Shown: positions 29,919 to 40,499 of the stretch, piece by piece | How positions within the stretch are numbered: position 1 is the stretch's first letter | Layout of the letters: each line of letters starts with the position of its first letter | Assembly: GCF_000142905.1 (NCBI RefSeq) | Contig: NW_013657659.1 | Coordinates: 336,442 to 400,441 of the forward strand | Direction: 5' to 3' | Origin: Thecamonas trahens ATCC 50062 | Lineage: Eukaryota > Protista > Apusomonadida | Length of the DNA stretch: 64,000 nucleotides | Translations under genes and position numbers: made by a program | The notes under the pieces: generated by a model | Told to the model about the DNA's origin: nothing | Databases searched by the model: none | Seen by the model: the letters and a program-made list of their open reading frames with translations, nothing else

Positions 29919-31490
29919 ATGGCTTCTGTAGCTCGTGACAGCAGCGACGGACAGGGCGACGGGGTGGCCATTGCTGACCACAGACGACCTGCCGTTGGCG
30001 TCTCGGTGCCGACCACCGGCGGTGAGCCTGGTGGCGGGCCTGGCGTGGCCGGCAGCGTCGCAGCTGTGGCGGCACCGTCGCCGGCGTCGGTCCTCGGCTC
30101 GTGGGGGACGCCGGTCTCGCACTCGCCGTCGGCCGGCGTCCACTGGACCGACACACCGTCGCCCGGAGGAACGAGCGGGCTTGCTGGCTCTGCGTTTGGC
30201 GCGAGTGCGGCGCCACCGCGTGTCGACGTCTTTGCTTGCCAGCACTGCAAGCGGCCGGTCCACGTCCACGACTCGCTGCTGAGCCTGGAGCTGGTGCCGC
30301 GGCCCGGCGTGAGCCGGGAGGACGAGGCGAGCGAGACTGCGGGTGCATCGTCGGGCGAGCTGCCGAAACTCTCGCTTCTTGCGGTCCTCGACGACGATAT
30401 CGAAGAGTACGTGGTGGTGGACGACGAGGTGGCGTGCGCCGTCGACCACAACGATGCGCGGCCGCTGCTTGCGCCGGTGGCGTCGTTTGCCGACAAGCTC
30501 GGGCGAGTCGGGCGGATCTTTGAGCTGGCGTCGCTGCAGAGCGACGACGAGCACCCGATGTGCCGCGAGTGCGCCGGTGGGGTGGTGGCGCGGCTGCAGA
30601 TGCAGATCGATGCGGCGGGGCGAACTCGCGATGCGTATGCCGGCTACCTCCGTCGCGAGCTGGCGGCTGCAGCCGACTCCAAGGACGAGGCGGCGTACGC
30701 GGCCGAGCTTGCGGCGCTCGAAGTCGAAGAGGCGGAGCTGGAGCGCGAGCTGGCCGCGGCCGAGGCCGAAGCCGCAGCGGTGGCCGGCGAGACGGCGGTG
30801 GTTGAGGCGCAGGTGAGCGAGCTCGACGGGCTCGAGGCCAGCTTCTGGCTCGAGTACAACGCGTTTCAGGAGAGCGTGCTCGAGTTTGAGGCGCGGCGAC
30901 TGAGCGTGGAGAACGCGACCGAGGTGGCGTATGCGGCACTGAAAGAGCTGCAAATGACCAACGTGTACAACGACACGTTCCACATCTGGTTCGAGGGCCA
31001 GTTTGCAACCATCAACACGTTCCGCCTCGGGCGACTGCCGAGCGTACCGGTCTCGTGGAACGAGATCAACGCCGCCTGGGGCCAGGCCGCGCTCCTCCTG
31101 TGGACGCTCGCGGGCAAGACCTCGTTCACCTTTACAGCGTACACGCTCAAGCCCATGGGCTCGTTCTCGCGCATCTACCGCAACGACAAGCCGAACCACT
31201 CGGGCTTTGAGCTCTTTGGCTCCACCTCGGGCTTCTCCAAGCGGCTGCTCGGCAACCGGAGCTTCGACAAGGCCATGGCCGCCTTTCTGGTCTGCCTCAA
31301 GGAGCTCGGCGACCACATCGAGAGCATCGACCCCAACTTTCGGGTCCCGTACCAGATCGAGGGCGCAACCATCGACTCGCTCTCCATCAAGCTTGCCACC
31401 TTTTCCGCCGTTGAGTCGTGGACCAAGGCGTGCAAGAAAACGCTCACCAACCTCAAGTGGATGCTCGCGTGGGTGGCCAAGCGCGAGTGA
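29919..31490 (+). CDS. ATG6: Beclin-1 / ATG6 (Vps30)
   Basis: FACQHC, HPMCREC and a coiled coil, then TNVYNDTFHIWFEGQFATINTFRLGRLPSVPVSWNEINAAWGQ and WTKACKKTLTNLKWMLAW. Confidence 0.95.
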   Translation: MASVARDSSDGQGDGVAIADHRRPAVGVSVPTTGGEPGGGPGVAGSVAAVAAPSPASVLGSWGTPVSHSPSAGVHWTDTPSPGGTSGLAGSAFGASAAPPRVDVFACQHCKRPVHVHDSLLSLELVPRPGVSREDEASETAGASSGELPKLSLLAVLDDDIEEYVVVDDEVACAVDHNDARPLLAPVASFADKLGRVGRIFELASLQSDDEHPMCRECAGGVVARLQMQIDAAGRTRDAYAGYLRRELAAAADSKDEAAYAAELAALEVEEAELERELAAAEAEAAAVAGETAVVEAQVSELDGLEASFWLEYNAFQESVLEFEARRLSVENATEVAYAALKELQMTNVYNDTFHIWFEGQFATINTFRLGRLPSVPVSWNEINAAWGQAALLLWTLAGKTSFTFTAYTLKPMGSFSRIYRNDKPNHSGFELFGSTSGFSKRLLGNRSFDKAMAAFLVCLKELGDHIESIDPNFRVPYQIEGATIDSLSIKLATFSAVESWTKACKKTLTNLKWMLAWVAKRE

Positions 31491-31526
31491 GATGCAGCAG
31501 CAGCGGGCGAGCACGTCAGCTGTTCT

Positions 31527-32945
31527 TTACTTGCCGCGCTTGCGGCCGTACGACCGGCCCTTGGCGCGGGTCTTGGTTGGGTTGTGGCGAGTTCCGCCGC
31601 GCTTGATCACGCGCTGCGCGGAGGCGGTGGCGGCCGGCGGCGTCGCCGCGCCAGCGGCCAGCATCTCGGCGGCCGTCATGGCCGGGCGAACGTCGGTGAC
31701 CGGAGCCGGCTCGGCGTGCAGCGCGTTGGCCGAGTCGAGGCCGGTGGCGGCCGAGGCGACAGCGGCGGCCGGCTCGTCGGCGGCCGTCTTGCGGGCCTCA
31801 CGGGCCTCGGTCCGCGACTTGATCTCGTCGCGAAGGCTCTTCTGCTTGTTGAACGCGTCCTTGAGCTCCTGGAAGGCCGAGCCGGCGTCCTGGGCCCCGG
31901 CCGACGCCGGCATCGGCGGCGCCTTGGACGGGTCCGGCGGCGGCGGGATGCCAAGCGCGTCCTTGACGCCCGGAACGCGGAAGGCCATAGCCTGCGCCAG
32001 CGAGAACGAGTTGGAGCTGATCCAGTACATAAAGACCGAGGCCGGGAACGAGTACGTCGCCGCCACCATGACGACCGCCAGGCCGCGCATGACGTTCTTC
32101 ATCGTCGACCGCTGCTGCACGTTCGGCATCTCGGCGCCAAGCTCGACCGTGGCCAGGAACGAGCCACCGGCCACCAGCGGGAGCACGTAGTACGGGTCCG
32201 CTGCCGAGAGGTCGCTGAACCACAGGGCGCCGCCGGACGTGAGGCCATCGACAAAGGTGCCGTTCTCGGCAAGCCGCCGCAGCGCCATAAACATCGAGAT
32301 GAAGACCGGTGCCTGGATGAGCGGGAACATGAACATCTTGAGCGGGTTCACGTCGTGCTTCTGCACGAGATCACGCAGCTGGATGGCGTACATGTTGTGC
32401 AGCTCAGAGCCCGGCGTGTGCTCCTTCATCTTGGCTGTCAGGTACTGGATCTTCGGCTGGACCTGCTGGACTCGCCCGGTAAACTTCATCTGCTTGATGG
32501 CAAACGGCAGGAGCGCCGTCCGCACCGCCACCGTCGTCGCCACAATCGTCGCCCACCACGGAAGTCCCGACGCAGCCTGCAGCGCCTGCAGCCCATCGCA
32601 CGCCCAGTAGATCGGCGAGAAGCCGCCCGGGTTGATCAGCCCGTTCACAACCTCCTCCACGCCATCTGCCGACGCCATCGTCGTCGCCAAATCCGTCATC
32701 GCCTCGCCGCCCACGCTCTCACCGCCAGCATCCGGCAGCGAGGCCACACCTGCGTTGCCCGCGCCCGTCGCGCCGGCCGTCTCCTCCTCGCTCCCACTCC
32801 CACCAAACCAGCTCGCCGTCGCAGAGCTTGCCGAGAAGCACCTCGCCGAGCCAGCCACCACCATAGCCTGGCCCATCGACCAACCACTGTTCCGCGGCGC
32901 AGCACCCAGTGCCGACCAAGCCCTCAAGAGGCCCGTACCCTGCAT
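31527..32945 (-). CDS. OXA1: mitochondrial inner-membrane insertase Oxa1 (YidC/Oxa1/Alb3)
   Basis: GLPWWATIVATTVAVRTALLP, PLIQAPVFISMFMALR, GGALWFSDLSAADPYYVLP and YWISSNSFSLAQ; presequence-like N-terminus. Confidence 0.93.
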   Translation of the reverse strand: MQGTGLLRAWSALGAAPRNSGWSMGQAMVVAGSARCFSASSATASWFGGSGSEEETAGATGAGNAGVASLPDAGGESVGGEAMTDLATTMASADGVEEVVNGLINPGGFSPIYWACDGLQALQAASGLPWWATIVATTVAVRTALLPFAIKQMKFTGRVQQVQPKIQYLTAKMKEHTPGSELHNMYAIQLRDLVQKHDVNPLKMFMFPLIQAPVFISMFMALRRLAENGTFVDGLTSGGALWFSDLSAADPYYVLPLVAGGSFLATVELGAEMPNVQQRSTMKNVMRGLAVVMVAATYSFPASVFMYWISSNSFSLAQAMAFRVPGVKDALGIPPPPDPSKAPPMPASAGAQDAGSAFQELKDAFNKQKSLRDEIKSRTEAREARKTAADEPAAAVASAATGLDSANALHAEPAPVTDVRPAMTAAEMLAAGAATPPAATASAQRVIKRGGTRHNPTKTRAKGRSYGRKRGK

Positions 32946-33039
32946 AGCTCTGTGTTGGGAGGGATGGATGAGTGGTTGGGGGAGGGGGGGGGGGGGGGGA
33001 GGGAGGGGAGGGTGGTGGAGGGAGTAGGGAGGGGGGGGG

Positions 33040-33269
33040 NNNNNNNNNNNNNNNNNNNNNNNNNNNNNNNNNNNNNNNNNNNNNNNNNNNNNNNNNNNNN
33101 NNNNNNNNNNNNNNNNNNNNNNNNNNNNNNNNNNNNNNNNNNNNNNNNNNNNNNNNNNNNNNNNNNNNNNNNNNNNNNNNNNNNNNNNNNNNNNNNNNNN
33201 NNNNNNNNNNNNNNNNNNNNNNNNNNNNNNNNNNNNNNNNNNNNNNNNNNNNNNNNNNNNNNNNNNNNN
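33040..33269. other. assembly gap (N run)
   Basis: Run of N. Confidence 1.
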
Positions 33270-33509
33270 CTCCGAGGGAGGAGAAGGGAAGGAGGGAGGG
33301 CGTACCTCATAATGTGGGTGTGGGGGAGTGCAGTGGGTCGTGGTGAAGGTGGAGGTGTCGGGAGAGGGAGAGCGGGAGTGGTTCAGCCGAGGGGGAGGGG
33401 GGGGGGGTGACGCGCCTTTTGAGGGGGGGAGGGGAGGAGGGAGGGGAGGAGGGGGGGGGGGGGAGAGCAAGAAGTAGACTTGTCGCACGTTGCCCTGCTG
33501 TGAGGACCA

Positions 33510-34787
33510 ATGCTGCGCGGGTCTCCATGGTGGCTACCGGGGCAGGGTGTGGAGAGCCGGACAAGGAGGCTGTCGGGCAGAGCGGCTGGTTGGGCGGCGG
33601 CGTGGTCGGCGGCTGACGCGGGCGAGAGCGTGGACGGGGTGATGGGCTCGGGCGGGACTGGAGGCGAGGCAGCGGGTGAGGGTCTAGCGGCGGCGGCGGC
33701 ATGGATGCGCCAGTCGCCGGTGTCTGGGGCGGTGGTGGGGCTGGCGGGTGCGATGGCGCCGGCAGGCTCGGCCGAGCTGCCGCCGATCGGGGCGCTGTCG
33801 GACGATCTGGGGTGGGACGATCTGGACAAGGCCAAGCTGTTTGGCTACTCGGTGGTGGTCTTTGCCGCGCTGCGGGCTGCCGTCTATCCGCTGTTCCTCC
33901 TCAAGACCCGCCTCCAGGCGCAGCAGCAGCAGCGGGCGTACTCTGGCGTCGTCTCGGGTGTGCGGGCTATTGTGGCCTCCGAGGGCGTGGCCGGTCTGTA
34001 CAAGGGCCTGCTGACCATGGTGGCCGGCGTTGTACCTGCGCAGACGCTGTATGTGGCAACGTACGAGGGCCTGCGTGCGCCGGCGACGCTGGCGCCACTT
34101 CTGACCTTGGTCGGCCTCGACGTCCATGCTGACGCCGAGGCCGTCCAGGCCCTCCGCAACGGCATCGGCGGGCTCGGCGCCGGCCTGGCGTCGCTGGCGG
34201 CGGTTGTCCCGATCGACGTTGTCTCACAGCGGCTGCAGATGCAGTCAAAGACGCTTGCCGGTGCGGTTGTTGGCGGCTCGCGCTCGTACTCGTCCGGCCT
34301 TGCCGTCGTCATGGACGTGTTGCGCAACGAGGGCCTGCGCGGCCTCTATCGCGGCACGGTGGCAACCATGCTCTCGACCGTTCCCTCGTCGGGCATCTGG
34401 TGGTCGTCGTACACCCTCATCAAGCCGCGCGCTGCGCGCGCCTTTGGCCTGGAATACGACGACATCCGGCTGCACGTTGTTGCCGGCACGCTCGCCGGCG
34501 TGGTGGCGACCACTTCCACCAACCCACTCGACGTCATCCGCACCCGCCTGCAAATCGACGTCTCAAACTACGCGTCGGCGGCTGGGAGCGGGCGCGAGGG
34601 AACCCGCCCGCAGCCTTCCATCGCCTCCATCGCCCGCACCCTCTACCAGCAAGAGTCGCTGGCCTCATTGTGGACCAAGGGTCTCGGCCCGCGCCTGTGG
34701 ACCTCGTCAATCATGGGTATCCTCATGGTGGCGGCGTACGAGCGGATCAAGATCCTCGCCCGCAAGCTCCCCGTGCCCGACGAATAG
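33510..34787 (+). CDS. mitochondrial carrier protein, SLC25A44-like (start uncertain)
   Basis: Three carrier repeats (PLFLLKTRLQ, PIDVVSQRLQ, PLDVIRTRLQ). LGWDDLDKAKLF resembles the SLC25A44 N-terminal motif. Confidence 0.9.
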   Translation: MLRGSPWWLPGQGVESRTRRLSGRAAGWAAAWSAADAGESVDGVMGSGGTGGEAAGEGLAAAAAWMRQSPVSGAVVGLAGAMAPAGSAELPPIGALSDDLGWDDLDKAKLFGYSVVVFAALRAAVYPLFLLKTRLQAQQQQRAYSGVVSGVRAIVASEGVAGLYKGLLTMVAGVVPAQTLYVATYEGLRAPATLAPLLTLVGLDVHADAEAVQALRNGIGGLGAGLASLAAVVPIDVVSQRLQMQSKTLAGAVVGGSRSYSSGLAVVMDVLRNEGLRGLYRGTVATMLSTVPSSGIWWSSYTLIKPRAARAFGLEYDDIRLHVVAGTLAGVVATTSTNPLDVIRTRLQIDVSNYASAAGSGREGTRPQPSIASIARTLYQQESLASLWTKGLGPRLWTSSIMGILMVAAYERIKILARKLPVPDE

Positions 34788-34813
34788 CACACTCGTCCGC
34801 GAGCTGGAACACG

Positions 34814-35955
34814 TTACTGCGGCTTGAGCTTCTTCTTCAGCTCCTCGGCCCGCGCCATGTACTCGGAGATGCGAATCCGGAGTGCAGACGCGCGCTGGCT
34901 CTCGGCCTGCATCCGCCCGAGCGCCTGCATCAGGTACGTGAGGCCGTTGGTGTAGAGGTCGACGGCGTCGGCGTTGCGGCCAGCCTTGTCGGCGCGGACG
35001 GCCTCCTTGACAATGAGGATGCCCTTAGCGTAGACCGAGGTGTTTGAGCTCGGCAGACTGCTGCCCGCAAGCGAGGCCTCGGCAAAGCCGGACCGGCTGA
35101 GAATCGTCATGGCCCGCGCGTCGAACCAATTGCCGCGGCTGCGAATCATGGCGCCCGGCGGCTGCTGCGAGACTGGCTTGGGCCACTCGCCGCGGACAAC
35201 AAGGACCGAGTATCCGTTGGCCTGCTGCTCCGCAATAAATTGCGCCACAAACGCGTCCGTGATCATATGCGGGCCACGGAGGAGCGAGTCGAGGTTGAAC
35301 CAGGCGTCGTCGATCTTGCGGAGCGCAAACCAATGGCCCGGCCGGTGGCAGACAAACCCGGTTTCGCCAACCGGATTGGCTGCAGCCTCGGCGGCATCAA
35401 GTTCGCCAAGGTACAGCGCCTTCATCCGCGCACGCCGTAGCGCCTCCACAATGACCTGGACCGAGTAGTTGCCTTTGGAGTCGACGTTCTGCGACGGCGT
35501 CCGTCGCGCCGCAAAGCCCATGATTTCTAGCTCCTTGGCATCAAGCCACAGTGCGATCTTGGCAAAGTCCTCCTCCTCAAACAGCGCCACCTGCAGCAAG
35601 TTGTTCACGCAGTGGATCCCGCACTGCGCCATCTGCTGCCGCTCCCAGTAGATGACCGCGTTCGGAGGCGCCTTGAGCTTGCTCGCCGCCGCGCCGCCAC
35701 ACTCTCCGCCATCGGCCCCGACCCTGCCACCGCCATCACTCCTTCCAGGCGGCGGAGCCACACCGCCAGGTGTCGACGATGGGCGCTCGCTCCGTCCGCC
35801 CTGCTGCCCGATGGCCCTGGTCCGCTAGAAGTCTCCGGCTTGCCCGGCGCCTCTGCAAGAGGCGGCTCCGACTCGGTACCTACCCCGGGATGCGCACCTG
35901 ATGGAGTTGGCGCGGGTGGACCGCCGTCTGGGGGAGGAGGGATGCTGGGGTACAT
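34814..35955 (-). CDS. Josephin (ataxin-3-like) deubiquitinase with C-terminal MIT domain; likely start 35955 with a frameshift ~35780
   Basis: IYWERQQMAQCGIHCVNNLLQ, GNYSVQVI and HWFALRKIDDAWFNLDSLL. C-terminal AVRADKAGRNADAVDLYTNGLTYLMQAL...IRISEYMARAEELKK. Confidence 0.85.
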
Positions 35956-35979
35956 ATGCCGAAGAGAGCCGTCTGTCTG

Positions 35980-36016
<37 letters not shown>

Positions 36017-36208
36017 TGCCTGGTCGGTGGCAATGGCTGGGCTGGGGAGAAGGTGTTCCATGCGGAAGCTGCAACTCGGTTGCGGGCACCGGCACCGACG
36101 ACCTGTACACGCGCCGATGAGTAGGTGTTTATGAGGGGTGTGTACGAGAGAGAGAGTGCGAGAGAAAGAGAGCGAGAGAGAAAGAAAGAGGATGTGTGGG
36201 GAGGTGGA

Positions 36209-37039
36209 TTACCTGTACGCCGAGTTGTTGTTGGGATGGTTGGCGTTGGGATGGCGAGCGTTGCGATGGTTGGCGTTGTGGTTGTTGTTGTGGTTATAGG
36301 CGCCTCCGTAGGCGCCAGGCCCCACGCCGCTGCCCGAGTGGGCGGAGATTTCGCGCGAGTGCTGGCAGATGGTGCAGACGGTGCAGCAGCATGATTGACA
36401 GTAGTCCTCGCCCTCCATGGTGGTGGTGTGGTTGCCGATGCCGTATCCGGCCTTGATATGCTGGCGGTTCTGGCAGACGCAGTACCAAGTGACCGGCAGG
36501 CCGACGCCGTAGAACATGTTAAGGCCGCACATAAAGATGCCGGCGAGGATGTCGATGAACGAGATCTCGCGGTCCTCAAAGCGGGCCGCATTGACCCGGA
36601 TCATGCATGTCGAGCAGAAGAGGACCATGCAGCAAGACTCCATGTCCTCTGCACACGAGCAAAGATCCGAGCTCCAGGGCACCGTCGCGCCCGATGCTGC
36701 GTACCGTCCAGCAGCTCCACCTGCAGGGTACGACGCGTACGAGGCCTGGACAGGCTGTGCGGTCGGCGGAGCGCCATATGCCCCCCCAGCTGGCGGCGGA
36801 GCGGCATACGCCCCTCCAGCTGGCGGCGGAGATGCATACGCCGGCGGCGGAGGTGCCGATGAAGCACCTGGTGCACTGCTGCTAGGATAGCCGCCACCAT
36901 AAGCCGCCTGGTGCTGCTGCGGAGGAGGCGGGCCACCATAGGGGTTCCCACCGTAGGCATTCCCACCATGAGCCGAGGACGACGATTGACCACCCTTTGA
37001 CGGCGGTGCGACATAAGCCGGAGGCGGGGCATTAGACAT
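36209..37039 (-). CDS. PLAC8-family cysteine-rich protein with Pro/Gly/Tyr-rich N-terminus
   Basis: WSSDLCSCAEDMESCCMVLFCSTC...RQHIKAGYGI...DYCQSCCCTVCTICQHSREI. Confidence 0.88.
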   Translation of the reverse strand: MSNAPPPAYVAPPSKGGQSSSSAHGGNAYGGNPYGGPPPPQQHQAAYGGGYPSSSAPGASSAPPPPAYASPPPAGGAYAAPPPAGGAYGAPPTAQPVQASYASYPAGGAAGRYAASGATVPWSSDLCSCAEDMESCCMVLFCSTCMIRVNAARFEDREISFIDILAGIFMCGLNMFYGVGLPVTWYCVCQNRQHIKAGYGIGNHTTTMEGEDYCQSCCCTVCTICQHSREISAHSGSGVGPGAYGGAYNHNNNHNANHRNARHPNANHPNNNSAYR

Positions 37040-37538
37040 GCTTGTTGGTGTTTGGTGTGCGTATGTGGATGTGGGAGTGTGTGTGTGTGTGTGGGTTGCG
37101 GTGCGGTGACTCTTGAGTGAGGGTTGGAAAAGAGTACGGTCCGGGACTGGCGTGGGTCACGTCAGAGAGGGGGGGGGGGAGGAGGGGGGGGGTATGTGTG
37201 AGAGGGTGTATGGGTATATGGGTGTGCTGGGTGTAGTGGTGGTGTGTGGAAGAGTGTGGGAGGTGGGAGAGAGGGTTGCAGTGGTGGAGTGTGGCGACAA
37301 TGGTGGTGGTAGTGGTGGTAGCTGTGGTGTTCGTGGGTGTCATGGTCTGGTGGGTGTCGGCGAAGGAACGGTTGCCGTTCGTTCTCTGAGCCATGTTGGC
37401 ATGTGCGGATATTAATCGATGGTCCGTCGCATGGGCGATGTGAATACGGGCCCAGCCAGCACCTGCATCGTCCGCGTCCGCCGCAGCCACTGCATGCCTT
37501 TGCCACCGAAGCAAATCGGTCGTTCCGCTATTAAAGGA

Positions 37539-40499
37539 TTACGTCGAGACGGCGTAGATCGAGGTGAGGAGGGTATCAGCATCCCAGTCGACGACATATG
37601 GATGATGTGGCGAGATGGTGGGGAGGGTGACGTGGCGATCCTCAGTAGACGGCGGCGCAACGATGGCGTGTTCTTCGATCTCGGCGAGGCTAAGAAGGGA
37701 TGAGAGCCGAGTGCAAGATGCGTGCACGGTTGCGACAAGCCACGGTGCGACCACAAAAGCATCCAGCGCACGCTCCGGCCACTTGAGGATGTGGTGCGGA
37801 TGCAGCTGCGGCGCGGCGAGGAGAACAACACCGAAGGTGTCAAAGACCGCCAGCATCGACCCTGCGTCGATCGGCCGTAGACCGAGAAACCGGCTCGCCT
37901 TGGTCACTTCACCCGGCACGAAAATCGACGACTGCACCGCCGTCAGCGCCCGCCCAAGGCTCGCACTGCCCGGCGACGGGATCAGGACGTTGTCACCGGG
38001 CTTGGGCAGCTGGCTCAGCGACAGAAGGCCCGAGTGGCCCGATGACGACGATGCCAGCGATGACTCCTCAGAGATTGACGAGCCGTAGAGTGACGCCATC
38101 GACTCGGTCCATGACGGTGCCGGCATCAACGTCTCGTACGGCCGGCTCCCGTTCGGAAAAGAGACCACAGCGTTGCCGTCATCGCTGCTCACCGCCTTGC
38201 AGAAAACGCGCGGCGGCTTGGGAAACAGCGAGTTGTGCTCTAGCTGGACGAGGACAGAGGTCACATCCTTGCTCACCATAAAGCCGACCAGCATCAGCGA
38301 GGCCTCGATGGCTTCCGGCGCAAACGGGAGCGCCGCTGACGAGATCATTTCAAATGCGCGGGCCTCGGCGCTCCACGCCAGCATCTGCAGCGCCGGACCG
38401 CTAGTTACCACCCCGACGCACTGCGCCTCTGGCAGCGAGAGGACAGCAGAGAGAACAGCGTCGGCAGCTGCGGCGATGACGACCGGGTCAGGCAGCTCGC
38501 CGCCGCTGAAAGCAGCAACCAGAGCCCCTATCGCGATCCGCTCCAACCGCCCTTGCCGCCGGATGACGAGCTGGCCCACGGCGTTAAACGCCTCGATTTG
38601 GCTGGCGTCGCCGATGCGGGCCACCAGCCGAGGCAGCGAGCGGTGGCCGTCCGAGCTGGCGTAGATGCCAACGTCGGTGGCAAAGACGGTCATCGGTCGT
38701 TCGCCCTCGATCTCAACTCTGGTCACCGACGTCACCTGCGCGCCAGTGACAACCTCGGGCAGCGAGAGGCCGACCGCAGAGCTCGGGAGCTTGGCGCTGC
38801 GCGAGGACGTGTTCTTGGGCCTATTGCGCTTGCCTGGCTGCGGCGCGGATGCCGACGGTGATGCCGACTTGGCCTTCTTGTTGACCGGCTGCTGGGCGCT
38901 GCGGCCAAATGGGGCCGGCACCGTCCCGTTGCGCTCGGCAAAGATCTCGATGCGGTGCGGGCGCTTGGCCCGGGCAGCCCTCGCCCTCTTGGTTGGCACG
39001 CCACAGCCCGGCATCGCAAACGAAGTCGAGAACGACGGCGCCCGCGACGGTGCATCAGAGTCGTCGTCATCGCGCACAAACTCCCCGAGAGGAACAAGGT
39101 ACGCACTCACCGAGCCCACCAGCTTGGAGAGCGCGTCGCCGCGCCGCTTGGTGGCGATCTGATACAGCGCCGACGCACGCCAGGCCGCCGACGCCTTGGC
39201 CGCGTTCACGATCTTGGCGCGGAGCGCAGCAGCAAAAGCCTCGCCGCGCGGGTACACAGAGTCGAGAATGGGACCAAACGCAGGCATGTCGTGCGTGCGC
39301 GCCACCGCCACCGCGTACGCGGCCCCGTGGATCGCGTGGTCATTGACCGGCGAGACAACGATGACCACGTCGGTCTGCACAGAGGCCAGGACAGATGTAT
39401 CGAGGCATGCGTACGGATCATCGGAAAAGACAAGCTGGATGGCGTTGCCGTCGACAAAGTCGCGGACAGATGGCACCGGCAGCATTGTCGCAACGTGGAA
39501 CATAATTTCCGACCCCGCCACGTCGCCGACGTAGAGCGAGTGCTCGCCAGTCGCGTCCGACCTCGTGTCAAGGCCACCGGAATACCCGCGGAAGTTCCGC
39601 AGCGCCACCACGTCGCCCACAAGGTCCAAAAACTGGTGGTACTCGGCCGATGGAGGGCTGTCGACCCGCAGCGCACCATCGATGGTGCGGACACCGGGCC
39701 GCGCGTACAGTAGAGACGCAACAACCTTGGGCGCCACATCGTCGGCTTCCATCCGCAGCAGCGTCCCGTTGAGCCGCGATAGCATCGAAGTCACCACCAG
39801 CGATCGCGAGGTCTCGTGCTGCGCCCGCGGCACAACCAGCCGCTTGAAGCATCCCGACCACTTGGCGAGGTCTGGATCGATGGCCACCAGCAGCTCGTGA
39901 AGCGGCTTCTGCAGCAGAGACTCGACGAGGTTCCGGGAAACACCTTGCCGCCGCCACAGAATGACGCGATACTGCAAGCCGACCGGGTTGACCGCGATCG
40001 CCGCCACAGAGACGACAACAACCTCGGCCTTGGGTAGCACCGCCACAAAGTGGACGTGATCGACGGATGGGAAGAGGCGCGCAAACCAGGCGGCGTACTG
40101 TGGCGGGCTTTCGACCAAACGATCGACCTGCCGCCCAGTCCCGCTCTTGCTCTGCCGGCCCCACTTGATCACCCGCCGCGGAATGTCCATCTCCATCTCC
40201 GACCCAGCTGTCGCCACGTTTGGCGTCGAACCCTGGATGCCAAAGTCCGTTACACGCCGATGCCGCCGATGCCGTCGCCGCCGGGATAGGCCGCCGTACG
40301 GGCCCAACAACTCCCTCGGCGGGCCCCAATTGACCCCGTCAGCCGACGAGTCTGCCGAGTCCGAGCCTGCCTCCGAAATCGGCCATGAAAGCGCCCATGC
40401 GGGCACGTCATCACACGTTGTGCTTGTTGTGTATGTTGAGCTGTCGTAGCTCCTTGTCTCCGACTCGGCCCATGAGCTCGCGGACTCTGATGCCGACAT
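37539..40499 (-). CDS. Rap/Ran-GAP domain protein with probable C-terminal CNH-like domain (GARNL3-like architecture)
   Basis: FLDLVGDVVALRNFRGYSGGLDT...TGEHSLY...EIMFHVATMLP and VARTHDMPAFGP. The beta-rich C-terminus includes TVFATDVGIY. Confidence 0.75.
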   Translation of the reverse strand: MSASESASSWAESETRSYDSSTYTTSTTCDDVPAWALSWPISEAGSDSADSSADGVNWGPPRELLGPYGGLSRRRRHRRHRRVTDFGIQGSTPNVATAGSEMEMDIPRRVIKWGRQSKSGTGRQVDRLVESPPQYAAWFARLFPSVDHVHFVAVLPKAEVVVVSVAAIAVNPVGLQYRVILWRRQGVSRNLVESLLQKPLHELLVAIDPDLAKWSGCFKRLVVPRAQHETSRSLVVTSMLSRLNGTLLRMEADDVAPKVVASLLYARPGVRTIDGALRVDSPPSAEYHQFLDLVGDVVALRNFRGYSGGLDTRSDATGEHSLYVGDVAGSEIMFHVATMLPVPSVRDFVDGNAIQLVFSDDPYACLDTSVLASVQTDVVIVVSPVNDHAIHGAAYAVAVARTHDMPAFGPILDSVYPRGEAFAAALRAKIVNAAKASAAWRASALYQIATKRRGDALSKLVGSVSAYLVPLGEFVRDDDDSDAPSRAPSFSTSFAMPGCGVPTKRARAARAKRPHRIEIFAERNGTVPAPFGRSAQQPVNKKAKSASPSASAPQPGKRNRPKNTSSRSAKLPSSAVGLSLPEVVTGAQVTSVTRVEIEGERPMTVFATDVGIYASSDGHRSLPRLVARIGDASQIEAFNAVGQLVIRRQGRLERIAIGALVAAFSGGELPDPVVIAAAADAVLSAVLSLPEAQCVGVVTSGPALQMLAWSAEARAFEMISSAALPFAPEAIEASLMLVGFMVSKDVTSVLVQLEHNSLFPKPPRVFCKAVSSDDGNAVVSFPNGSRPYETLMPAPSWTESMASLYGSSISEESSLASSSSGHSGLLSLSQLPKPGDNVLIPSPGSASLGRALTAVQSSIFVPGEVTKASRFLGLRPIDAGSMLAVFDTFGVVLLAAPQLHPHHILKWPERALDAFVVAPWLVATVHASCTRLSSLLSLAEIEEHAIVAPPSTEDRHVTLPTISPHHPYVVDWDADTLLTSIYAVST

